Shown piece after piece: positions 37,680 through 48,752 of a stretch of DNA of 64,000 bases. The stretch spans positions 46,660,320-46,724,319 of the forward strand of contig NC_068982.1 of the NCBI RefSeq assembly GCF_001194135.2, read 5' to 3'. The stretch comes from Octopus bimaculoides. Lineage: Eukaryota. The stretch's first letter is position 1; every line of letters begins with the position of its first letter. The position numbers and the translations under genes were made by a program. A model generated the notes under the pieces. It saw only the letters and a list, made by a program, of their open reading frames with translations. It did not search any database and was not told the origin of the DNA.

Positions 37680-37861
37680 TTGGTTTCCTTTTTAACATTG
37701 CGGCCAAGTAGTCGATCTTTGACTCGCTTTCTTTCTTCTTCTGTACACTTCCGTCGATTTGAAGCACCAAAGTTTAAAAGAGCCAAAGTATCACCAACAA
37801 GAGTGCTCTTTATCTCCTTATCTAGAGCAGAATCAACATTGAAGCTTGGAGAGTGGTTCAC
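37680..37861 (-). CDS. TTLL6: TTLL6/TTLL13-like exon (end of TTL domain)
   Basis: VNHSPSFNVDSALDKEIKSTLVGDTLALLNFGASNRRKCTEEERKRVKDRLLGRNVKKET completes the EVNHSPSF motif with the previous exon. Acceptor ttcttttag|GTG, donor AA|gtatat; 182 nt, phase 0 to 2. Confidence 0.95.
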
Positions 37862-38146
37862 CTAAAAGAAAGACAACCTCATTTAGTCCATAGCCCAATC
37901 TAAAATCTATCAAAGTGAATTTATATTGTTATGGTCTATTAAAAAAATCTGCTTTCCATAGTCATAGAGTTATCTGAACTTTTCAAGTTTATTAAATTGC
38001 ATTTACACAAAGTAAGACCTTTGTTCTCTTATGCATGTGTATGTATGAAAATATGTATGATGTATGCATACACACACACATGCATACACAAACATACATA
38101 TACACACACACATACATACATACATAAATAAATACATAGATATATA

Positions 38147-38363
38147 TGATGGGGGTGCTGAAAAGTTCCTGGCTTTGGGTAAAAGAAAATACAGGAGGAT
38201 TGGTTAATTTTGATTTTATGTAGTACATCCTCTCTCAGATTCACACACTTATTGCAGTGGTCTTTCAATTTTTCTAAGTCCTGTAAAAGAACTTGGAAGG
38301 TTGGGCATCTAAACAGGCCTTCCATGATACCCTTAAAGCCAGGAACTTTGTAGCACTCCCTTA
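38147..38363 (-). mobile_element. Mariner deletion derivative (MITE)
   Basis: TIRs gggggtgctgaaaagttcctggcttt / aaagccaggaactttgtagcactccc. Retains the mariner C-terminal remnant LEKLKDHCNKCVNLR. Confidence 0.85.
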
Positions 38364-38673
38364 TTCATTCTAAATAAAGAGTAAAAAGTGTGAAGCACAG
38401 ACACATGTATACTAAAATGAAACACATATCCACCACACATATACAAGTTATCCATGAACACAAAACATCCATATATACATACATCAACTGATTCAGATGA
38501 CCACGAACACCCAACACTTGTCTTAACTGAAAAAGAAAAAGAGCTTTACCACTTGGTTAGTGGCCAGCTTCAATACACCGAAAAGGAAAAAAAGAAACAT
38601 GAATAAATCCTAAAGATTTTCTTTAAAGCACATACACATACATACATAAATACATATATGCATACGTATATAC

Positions 38674-38719
<46 letters not shown>

Positions 38720-39616
38720 AAGACACACATGTATATAAACACTTATATGAAGAGGTGCATGAGCAAGTATGTGTGTGTGTGTGACGGTGTGTGAGGTGTA
38801 TTGTAATGTATATTTTCTGTAAGAGTATTATGTACCTGCATAGTTATCTCATCTGGTTATTTCAGTAAAGAATGGATACAACAGCAACTTTCTATTGAGT
38901 TTACACACAATATCACACAATATCACTGCTCACTCTCCAGTGTAAAATTATCTTCCAATAAAACATCCAGTCATACCTATTTGGAAAGGATATGTTCAAT
39001 ATCAAGGAGTTTCAGCTTTAACATAGATAATGACATCAGGAATACAATTCAGTGCCATTTTTGTGGTATTCTGTTCTATAATTGGTTGTTATATCCACAG
39101 TAACAACACATCTCTTCCAGTTTACAATGTAACTATTTGCTATATTACTTGCAATGTCAACACAATAATGAGATAGCTAGAAGGCAACATGAGAGTACAA
39201 GGCAAGGTAAGTTGTTCAATCTACCATTACAACAACTAAATCTTTCGTCAATCATATTAAACACTGGCACCTAATGTCTCCTTCCTAAACTCCTAGGTCA
39301 CCATGGACACCTTGAATAACAGAATCACAGACAGAAAGATAATTCTAAGAAAAAAGTTGTTTCCATTTAATGCCCAGTGGTAGAATAACAGCTTAGAAGG
39401 AATAATTGAGAAAGTGGTTTGTAGCTTATAATTCTTAACGAAAATCCTGTTTAAGGCACAGATATGGCTGTGTGGTAAGAAGTTTGCTTCCTAACCCCAT
39501 GGTGCCAAGCTCAGTCCCATAGCATGCCATTTTGGGCATGTGTCTTCTACTATATCCCTGGGCCAACCAAAGCCTTGTGAGTGGATTTGGTAGATGGAAA
39601 CTGAAAAAAGCCCACC

Positions 39617-39663
<47 letters not shown>

Positions 39664-39671
39664 AGTTGCTA

Positions 39672-40082
39672 TAGGCACAGGAGTGGCTGTGTGGTAAGTA
39701 GCTTGCTTACCAACAACATGGTTCCAGGTTCAGTCCCACTGTGTGACACCTTGGGCAAGTGTCTTCTACTATTGCTGTGGGCTGACCAAAGCCTTGTGAT
39801 TGGATTTGGTAGATGGAAACTGAAAGAAGCCTGTCATATATATATATGCATATGTGTGTGTGTGTGTATGTTTGTGTGTCTGTGTTTGTCCCCACCATGG
39901 ACACTTGACAACCAATGCTGGCATGTTTATGTCCCCGTAACTTAGCGGTTCAGCAAGACAGACCGATAGAATAAGTGCTAGGCTTACAAAGAATAAGTTC
40001 TGGGGTCAATTTGTTCGACTAAAGACAGTGCTCCAGTATGGCCGCAGTCAAATGACTGAAACAAATAAAAGAGTAAAAGAAT
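39672..40082 (+). mobile_element. Family A SINE, full length, tandem to a truncated copy at 39455-39620
   Basis: ggcacaggagtggctgtgtggtaagtagcttgc head through aaatgactgaaacaaataaaagagtaaaaga tail. Confidence 0.85.
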
Positions 40083-41572
40083 ATGTATATATATATATAT
40101 ATAGGTGTTAGGAAAGGCATCCAGCTGTAGAAACCATGCGAAAACAGACAATGGAGTCTGGTACAGCTCTTAGCCTTGTCAGCTCCTGCCAAACTGTCCA
40201 ATCCATGCCAACATGAAGAACGAATGTTAAATGATGATGATGATATATGTATGTGCATGTGTGTGCATGTGTTTGTGTGTGTGTGTGTGTATGTGTGTGT
40301 ATGTGTGTGAATGCATGTGTATGTCTCTTTATGTTTGTGTTTGTCCTTCACCGCCATCGATACTACCACCACCTGACAATTGGAGTTGGTTTGTTTACAT
40401 CCCTATAACTTAGCAGTTCGACATAAGTGATTGACAGAGTAAGAACCAGGTTTAGAAAAAGTAAAATACTATGAGCAATTTGTTTGACCAGACCCTTTCA
40501 AGGGTCTGGTCTAGACAGTCACTGGCACACTGCAACTCTTGAGTGTTTCTGTATAGAACACCTGAATGAAAAATTACCTTGAATTTTTTTTAGTGGTGCA
40601 GCCTGCAGTTTGCTGATACAAAGTCTAAATCAAAAGTGTCCCAAAATTAACTAACCATTTTCTTTTCAAGCAGCTTGTATTTAGTATCACTTCATTCACT
40701 GTGTCTTTGTGTTTTTTTTTTTTAATAGTAAAGTGGTGTGATTTGAGTAGCATTTAGCTTTTATTTCAAACAGATTAAAGTGAATGACTACTTCTTGTGT
40801 TCAGGTGCAAGCATAATTTCCCCTGGCCTGATTTAATTTGACATGAACTGATACAATCTGGTTTCTACTGGCTGGTATCAATAACAGGTTGAGGACTCTT
40901 CTGGGTGGACTGTTGGTCCTCCACAGAATAGTTGGATGATGGGCCTGCCATCTTGGCAGAGAGGCTGACACAGGACTACCAGTGATGGAGAGCACCAGTG
41001 GATTTGGTCAGCTTTATGCATGATGATGTCTCTTGGTCCACTAACTTGAGATGACCTCAGCCTCATCAAGCAAGAGCATGAAGTGAAGTGAACCGTGAAC
41101 TGATACAAGGAACACTGCTTTTGAGTTTTGGCACAGGATCAGCAACTTCGGTGGGGGGGGGATAGGTCAATTAGATTGACCCCAGTACTCAAATGGTACT
41201 TATTTTATTGACCCTGAAAAGATGAGAAACAAAGTCGACCTTGGTGGAATTTGAACTCAAAACATAAAGATGGACAAATTGCTGCTAAGCGTTACACCCA
41301 TTGTGCTAAGGATTCAACCAGCTCACCATCTTTAATACAAGTAATATTATACGGAGAACATTGGTTTGCATCTGTACATTGAAGTGTGATGTTGAGTTTG
41401 GTAACTGTAGAGATGGCGTGTGAGATTGAAGTGTAGAAAAACATCAACTTCTCACTAAGAAAATCACTTTTAAAAACTAATTACCCCTAATCACTCCAGC
41501 ATGCTCACCTGGGTGAGTGGGGGAAGTAAAGGCTAAGGAATCACACACTCAAAAAGAAACAAGCTAAAGCTT

Positions 41573-41613
<41 letters not shown>

Positions 41614-41661
41614 TACGCACACACACACACACACATATATGCACACATGCACACAAGCACA

Positions 41662-41697
<36 letters not shown>

Positions 41698-42559
41698 AGC
41701 ACACACATGTACTGGTTTATGAATACCACTGTCCATGCATGTATATGTATTTGTATATGTGCATGTATGTGTATGTTTGTATATGTGTATGTTTGTGTGT
41801 ATGTGTATATGTGTGTGTATATAGGTGTATGTGCATAGCTGTGTGTGTGCGTGTATATCTTGCATTTACCCTACAGAATTCTAAATAAGGTGTCTAATAT
41901 CTTTTATCTCAGCTTATATGAAATTATCTTTGCTGTAATTATATTCTATTTTCTATTAATCTAAGTTGGATTCTTTAGAAACAAACAAAGATAAAAAAAA
42001 AAACGAAAAGAAAAACAAAAGATTAAACTGAAAAAGGAAAAACACAAACAAACAAAGAACAAACAACAAATAATAATAAAAAAAAAAAGAAGAAAAGTTA
42101 ATTAAATACATACGTAGTCGGAGAGCTAGCTCTCCGGATATGCACATTTTGAAAACTCACACCCATCATCATTCTTATCATAAAACTACAGCAACAACAA
42201 CAACAACAACAACAACTAGAACGTCAACAGTCGCAACGATAACTACAACAACAACAAGAACATCAATAATCGCAAAATGACAACCACAACAACAAATGCG
42301 ATAATTACAGCAATGCCACGCCCATTCAACAATGACAACTGCTGTGAATGGTTTTGATTAATTTTCCCCAAATATCATTACAGTACAAAAAAAAAAAAAA
42401 AAAATGAAACAAAAAGATTTGTTTATCCTTATTCCCTCCCACTCCACCTCCCACCACATTCTTCAATGCTCTCTTATCATTTTGCCTTTTACAGAGGATG
42501 CTGTGACATAAATCCGTATTAGGATGTAAAGATTACCTGTTTTGTCTTGTATGTGTATA

Positions 42560-42600
<41 letters not shown>

Positions 42601-43762
42601 GCAACTATGTGTGCATGTATGGTGTGTGTGTGTGAATGTGTATGTCTGTCTGTATACACACACACACACATTCATATATGTATGTATGTGTGTATGTATG
42701 TACATATGTTTGTATGTATGTATGCATGTGTGTACATATGTGTTTATTGTTGTTTTTACTGCTGCTTTTCAGCTCAATTTTCCTTTTTATATATTTTCTT
42801 TCCAGTTTGTCTTCTTTTATTTCATTTTGAAATTTTCTTGAGTTTTTACTGCTTTTTGCTGCTATTTTTTTTATCTCAACTTTTACGTGTTTTTTTTTTC
42901 TTTTTAATATTTTTTTCATTACTGCTTTTATTTTTTTTCTTGTATTATCATTAGTATTATTTTTTTTTCCTTCAATTAAAAAAAGAAAAACAATTCACTA
43001 TTTAAAAAAAAAAAAAATTCTGCTTTTCTATTTTCTTTTGTCTTTCTTTTTTTTTTCTAGTTGTTGCTATTATTGTTGTTGTTGTTGTTGTTGTTTAATT
43101 GTTGTTTAATTCCAAAGTTTATTTTCATCTCTTTACCAAATAATTGAATAAATGAATACAGAAACATATAAATAAGCCAACAGAAAGCCCAGAACTGAGA
43201 GGCTTCTAAGCTGGAAGCCTTGTTGTTTTAGCATGGAGCATTTTTTTTTCACACGTACTTTTTCTATCTCTTTCTCTTCTTTCTCTCACACACACACACA
43301 CACACAGAGCTTTCATTATTGCCTTTATCATTAGTTTTATTATTAGTATTATTTTTTTTTTCTTCACAGAGACTTAACAACTACAGNNNNNNNNNNNNNN
43401 NNNNNNNNNNNNNNNNNNNNNNNNNNNNNNNNNNNNNNNNNNNNNNNNNNNNNNNNNNNNNNNNNNNNNNNNNNNNNNNNNNNNNNNNNNNNNNNNNNNN
43501 NNNNNNNNNNNNNNNNNNNNNNNNNNNNNNNNNNNNNNNNNNNNNNNNNNNNNNNNNNNNNNNNNNNNNNNNNNNNNNNNNNNNNNNNNNNNNNNNNNNN
43601 NNNNNNNNNNNNNNNNNNNNNNNNNNNNNNNNNNNNNNNNNNNNNNNNNNNNNNNNNNNNNNNNNNNNNNNNNNNNNNNNNNNNNNNNNNNNNNNNNNNN
43701 NNNNNNNNNNNNNNNNNNNNNNNNNNNNNNNNNNNNNNNNNNNNNNNNNNNNNNNNNNNNNN

Positions 43763-44249
43763 GGGCAGAAAGAGGGAGAGGAAGAGAAAGAAGGAGAGAG
43801 AGGGCAAAGAGAGATAGGGGAAAGAGAGAGAGGGGAAAGAGAGATAGAGGAAAGAGAGAGAGAGGAAAGAGAGAGAGAGGAAAGAGAGAGAGAGGAAAGA
43901 GAGAGAGAGGAAAGAGAGAGAGAGGAAAGAGAGAGAGGGGAAAGAGAGAGAGAGGAAAGAGAGAGAGGGAGAGAGGGAATGGGGCAGAAAATGGGAGAGA
44001 AAAAGGGAGAGAAAGGGAAGGGGTAGAAAGAGGGCGATAGAGAGAATGAGGGAAAGAGAGGGAAAGGGGAGAGAGAGAGAGGGAAAGAGGGAGAGAGAGG
44101 AAAAGGGGTAGAAAGAGGGAGTGAGAGGGAAGGAGAAAGAAAGAGAGAGAGTGATAAAAAGATGATATGGTGGCACACAAAGGTGAAAAGTGAAGAGAGG
44201 TTGGCATAAAAATAGGTGAGAGAGGTTGGTCTAAGAAAGAAAAATAGAA

Positions 44250-44280
<31 letters not shown>

Positions 44281-44570
44281 GAGAAGGAAAGGGAGAGACA
44301 GAGAAAGAGGGTGATGGAAAAATAGTGAGAAATGCTAGTGTGATTAGTTGAAAGGGAAAGAGAAGTTAATGTGAGAAAATCAAACAGATGTTTATATGAA
44401 CATGTGAGAGAGAAAGATGTTATGAAACAACAAGGGAAGAGAAGCTGTTGATATGAAAAGGATTTGTTAGAGAGAGAGAGAGAGGGGAAGGAGAGAGGAA
44501 GAGAAACACAGAGACAGAGAGAGAGAGAGGAAGAGAGATTTGTAGAAAAAAAGGTGAGAGACAAAGAGGT
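43763..44570. repeat. Polypurine (GA-rich) minisatellite including about eight 15-mers GAGGAAAGAGAGAGA
   Basis: Nearly pure purine plus strand; 15-nt period at 43847-43966; abuts a gap. Confidence 0.9.
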
Positions 44571-44663
44571 AAGAAATGAGAAAAGATGTCACTAATTGAA
44601 AGGAAAAGGAAAAAGAAATATTGGAAGCATCAGAAAGAGTAGTATGAGATCAAAGTAATAACC

Positions 44664-44695
<32 letters not shown>

Positions 44696-44719
44696 CAACA
44701 GCAGCAGCAGAAGCAGCAA

Positions 44720-44950
44720 CGATTCTTTGAACATGTCTCTTCCCTCAACAAAGACATCTATTTCACTTCATTCCTCTCTGAAGCCATCATTCTCGATGAC
44801 TTCAGCATTCACAACTTTTCTTTAGCTCTTGCACTTCTATCACACCGATGCCGTCTGGTACAGAAGCTGAAACTTTTGCAATCCACATCCCTCTAAAAGC
44901 GTCTTTGAACAATACACAGACACTATCTACAAATACCGCTTATCTTTTTC
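44720..44950 (+). mobile_element. Decayed LINE endonuclease fragment (CR1/Jockey-like)
   Basis: SEAIILDDFSIHN resembles the IIILGDFNVHH APE motif; probably the same element as 46590-46950. Confidence 0.45.
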
Positions 44951-44953
44951 TTC

Positions 44954-45158
44954 TGAGGGGGTGTCATCAAAAAGTTCCTGGTTTTAAGGATATTGCAAAA
45001 AGCCTGGTTGGAGTTTTTTTACAGGGCTTAGAAAAACTGAAGGACCACTGCAATAAGTGTGTGAATCTGAGAGGAGAATATGGTGAATAAAATCATGATT
45101 AACTGATCCTCCTGTATTTTCTTTTACCCAAAGCCAGGAACTTTTCAGCATCCCTTCA
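44954..45158 (+). mobile_element. Mariner MITE, same family as 38147-38363
   Basis: Same TIRs, right end aaagccaggaacttttcagcatcccttca|TA, and the LEKLKDHCNKCVNLRGEYGE remnant. Confidence 0.85.
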
Positions 45159-45609
45159 TAACTCAAAATCCAATGTGTACTACAAAACCATCGCCATCTC
45201 TTCACCAATTGAGTCATCTAGCCACTGTCATCATCATCATTTAAGTCGATTGTCCATGGTGGCATGAATTGGACAGTTTGACCAGAGCTAGCAAGCTGAG
45301 TAGCTGCATCAGGCTCCTGTCTGATTTGGTATGGTTTCTGTGGTTGAATGCCCTTCTTCATTTCAAAGATGATGGAGATGGTCATTAGTAACCACTTCCT
45401 ACAATATTTTCAATCCTACTCCCTATTTAATGACTACCAGTACAATACTGTGATGTCAACCACCAATGGACCCTCATCCTCTGATAATTTGGTATAAACA
45501 GCATAAGTGTTCCTGACATCAGCAAAATGTTTGCATCATGTTCTCATAAAACTCTCTGACCTACACTATCAAATCTATTGTTTTCCAAGGTGCAGTTTTG
45601 ACCCCTACA

Positions 45610-45900
45610 CTCCATCATCCATCATTTTGAATCCGGGTTTTGTCCCTGTTAACAGTGATGGCCAGATCTACCTCAATGCCATAACAACCACCCTCACACC
45701 ATCTCACCATCTTGCCCAGTTTTGGGTGTCCTCCCTTCTCAAGCCAACCCTCCCAATCTCCTCCTCCACCTGTCCCCTCCACATTTTCCTCAGTCTACCT
45801 CACCTTCACTATCCATTTACCTCAAACTCTAGCACCCTCTTCAGAACATGCTCCTCATCCCTCCTCAACACATGCCCATACCACTGCACTCTTTTGTCTT
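45610..45900 (-). mobile_element. RTE LINE 3' end, same family as 10635-11310
   Basis: Reverse complement reads tatgggcatgtgttgaggagggatgagg...ggacaaaacccggattcaaaatgatgg. Confidence 0.85.
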
Positions 45901-46589
45901 ATACATCAAGGACCTACTCACATTCATTTCATACACAGCAACACCACCCTTTAAATATTCCTAATCTTTCACACACAGGTGTCATCCACATGTAACTAGA
46001 TGCCTTATGCCAAATCTGCAATGACCCCATGAAGAGAGACTTCAAAACCATTCTGCAATAGGGCACACCAATCTGGGTCTCCATCAGCAATACAAAGAAA
46101 CAACCACTATACATACATATCAGGAAAACAATACCATACATCATGTCACCTAAACAGCTTGGTTTGCAGTAAGGGATTGCTCCCATGGTGTTCACTGGCC
46201 ATTCAAACACTAATATTTTTCTTGGACTTCTTTTAAAAAAAAGGCAGTGAGCTAGCAGAATTGTTAGCACACCAGAAAAAATGCTTTGCAGGTTTGTCTG
46301 CCTTTACATTCTGAGTTTAAATTCCACTGAGGTCGAGTTTGCCTTTCATCCTTTTGGGGTCGATAAAATAAGTACCAGTTGATTGTTAGGGTTGATGTAA
46401 TCAACTTATCCCCCTGCCCCCAAATTGCTGGCCTTGTGCCAAGATTTGAAACTAATATTTCTCTTGGACAATTGCAACTTGGTGGCTGCTCACAAAACAC
46501 GGACAGGGAGAAAATTTCGGAGGTATCCTTTGAAGAGGAAGGAATGGGAAAAGAGGGTTAGTGTAGAGTATGAGAGCTCACTATAAAAA

Positions 46590-46950
46590 ACTTGACCTCA
46601 CTATCACTGAGCCTCTCTCCTGATGATCTCATAAACTCAACACAGCAAAAGCTACATCTCAAAAGACTAGCTTTCCTCTTTAGGGCCAGGAAATTTCTAG
46701 CTATTACTATCCCTTTACAAAGTTCAAGCAAGACCCACAATAGAATATTGCTCCATCATCCAAGATGGTACTGTAACCATAAAGCAGACATCCTTGATCA
46801 CATCCAAAAGAAGGCCAGTGAACTGCTTAGCATGAAACAACTCATCAACATACACCTGGCCTACAGAAGTGCTGTCTCTTCTTATTGCTTTTTCCACCAT
46901 TGTTACAATGGTTTCAGCCCTTTAGAGCTTCCTGAGTTCCTCTTAACCCT
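46590..46950 (+). mobile_element. CR1/Jockey-group LINE post-RT fragment
   Basis: KRLAFLFRARKFL...ILDHIQKKA...LAYRSAVSSYCFFHHCYNG resembles KKLGVLFRARKF...LDRVQRKA...LEHRRNVASLSLFYRYY. Confidence 0.7.
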
Positions 46951-48508
46951 TTTGTTACCATATTTCTATTGAAATTCATCTCTTGTATTTCAAGTAATTA
47001 AAAAATCATGAAAACACAGTAAAGTAACTTTGTCATTATAAAACTAACATTTGTAACTTAAATCTACATGAAATTTTAATGGAAAATTTTAATCTAGAGA
47101 ACCTTAAAACAGAAAGTTTAGACCATAGAATCAAAGGTGGTATCAAGTAGGTTGGTATCAAACGAGTTAATTGTATTGTGCCCCATCTAATCTCCTGCAT
47201 TAATCTTCCACTTTCTTTTTCAGTCCTTCTTCCCCAGAATGCCAACCTTCTGAAATTGCCTCCCTGTCTACCTTTTGTTTGTAGGCATAAAGTTGTAGCT
47301 ATTTAAAAGAAACATTAGCTGTGTTAATCTCATAGATCTTGAAGGGCCCATGAATATCATGGGAACAACCCCTTTCTTCAAATCAAGCCATTAAAAAATA
47401 CCAGAAAAAAAAACTAAAAAAGAAAGAAAGAGTGGAAGAATTTGAGAGAGAGGTGGAGGAAAAGTAGAGCAGAATATAAACAAATAGAATGATGGAGAGA
47501 TAGTGAATAGAGAGAATCAAAGAGAGAGAGAGACAAAGTAAAAATGGGTGTGGTGGGGTGGGGGGAAGGTATGAGAATGGATATAACAGACAAATATTGA
47601 CAGGAGACAGAAACCAGTAAACAGAAGAATTGATGGCATGGAAATGAGAAAGAGAGAAAGCACTAAGGATAAGAGTAGGTGAATGAGACAAAAAAGTAGT
47701 AATAAAGTGGTAGTAAAAAGAGAGAGAGAGAGACAGGCAGACAGAGATGAGAGGCGGGAATAGAATAGAAAGATGAAAAGAGGGAGAGAAAATTTAAGCT
47801 GTCGGCGGGGGGGGGGGTGAGATGAAATAAAGATAACAAAAAGAAAGGGAAATAGTATACAGGAGAATAAAAAGCAAAAGAAGAATCTTGATGAAAAATG
47901 AAAATAAAATCAAAATCATAGAAAAAGTCAATCCTAATTTGTTTGTTTTCTCATTGTCTTGTCAATATTTGCAATGGAAGATATATCCAAGATAATGGCT
48001 GTTTATTCATTTTGTAGCATTGCATTTCAAAGCCAATTTCGAAGGGATATTGATGAAGTGAAACAATTTATCAATAACCCTTCCTGTTCCAGTGAAAGTT
48101 TAAAAGATTACAGAAATGGAGTACTTTGCTACTCTTGTGAATCCTAAAAGCTTTCTCTCTACAAAGCTCAACTGCAGACGGTTTGGCTTCTAAAAACTAC
48201 CCCCTTATTTCTCTGGTCACATTCTTGCTACAGGTGTTAACTTACAGAAGTTCGAACTGAACACCAACTTTAAGGACCTGTAAAAATTATGGTATTGCTT
48301 CTTCTCTTCTGACTAAATATTTGGCACACAAAAACATAAAAAAAAAACAGAATTCACCGTAAAGCAGTTGGTATTAGGAAGGGCATCTGGTCATAGAAAA
48401 ACCATGCCAAAGCTGACTGAGATAGAGCATGAAGAAATCCTGTGGCTTACTGAATCCTATCAAACTGTCCAAACCCATGCCAGCATGGAAAATGGATATT
48501 AATCGACG

Positions 48509-48752
48509 ATGATGATGATGATGATGATGACAATGACAATGATGATGATGATGACGACGACGATGATGATGATGATGACGATGACAATGATGATGGTGAT
48601 GATGATGACGATGACAATGATGATGGTGATGATGATGACTGGTGGTGATGATGACAATGACGATGACAATGATGGTGATGATGATGATGATGATGATGAT
48701 GACGTTACTGATGATGATGACAATGATAATGACAATGATAGTGATGATGATG
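48509..48752. repeat. Degenerate (GAT/GAC/GGT)n trinucleotide array
   Basis: Continuous trinucleotide array adjoining the tail of an RTE-type short repeat; source of spurious poly-Asp/His/Met ORFs. Confidence 0.9.

Noticed and set aside
43319-44564. Long ORFs of 235-396 aa
   Set aside because: They are translations of N runs and the GA/TC minisatellite.
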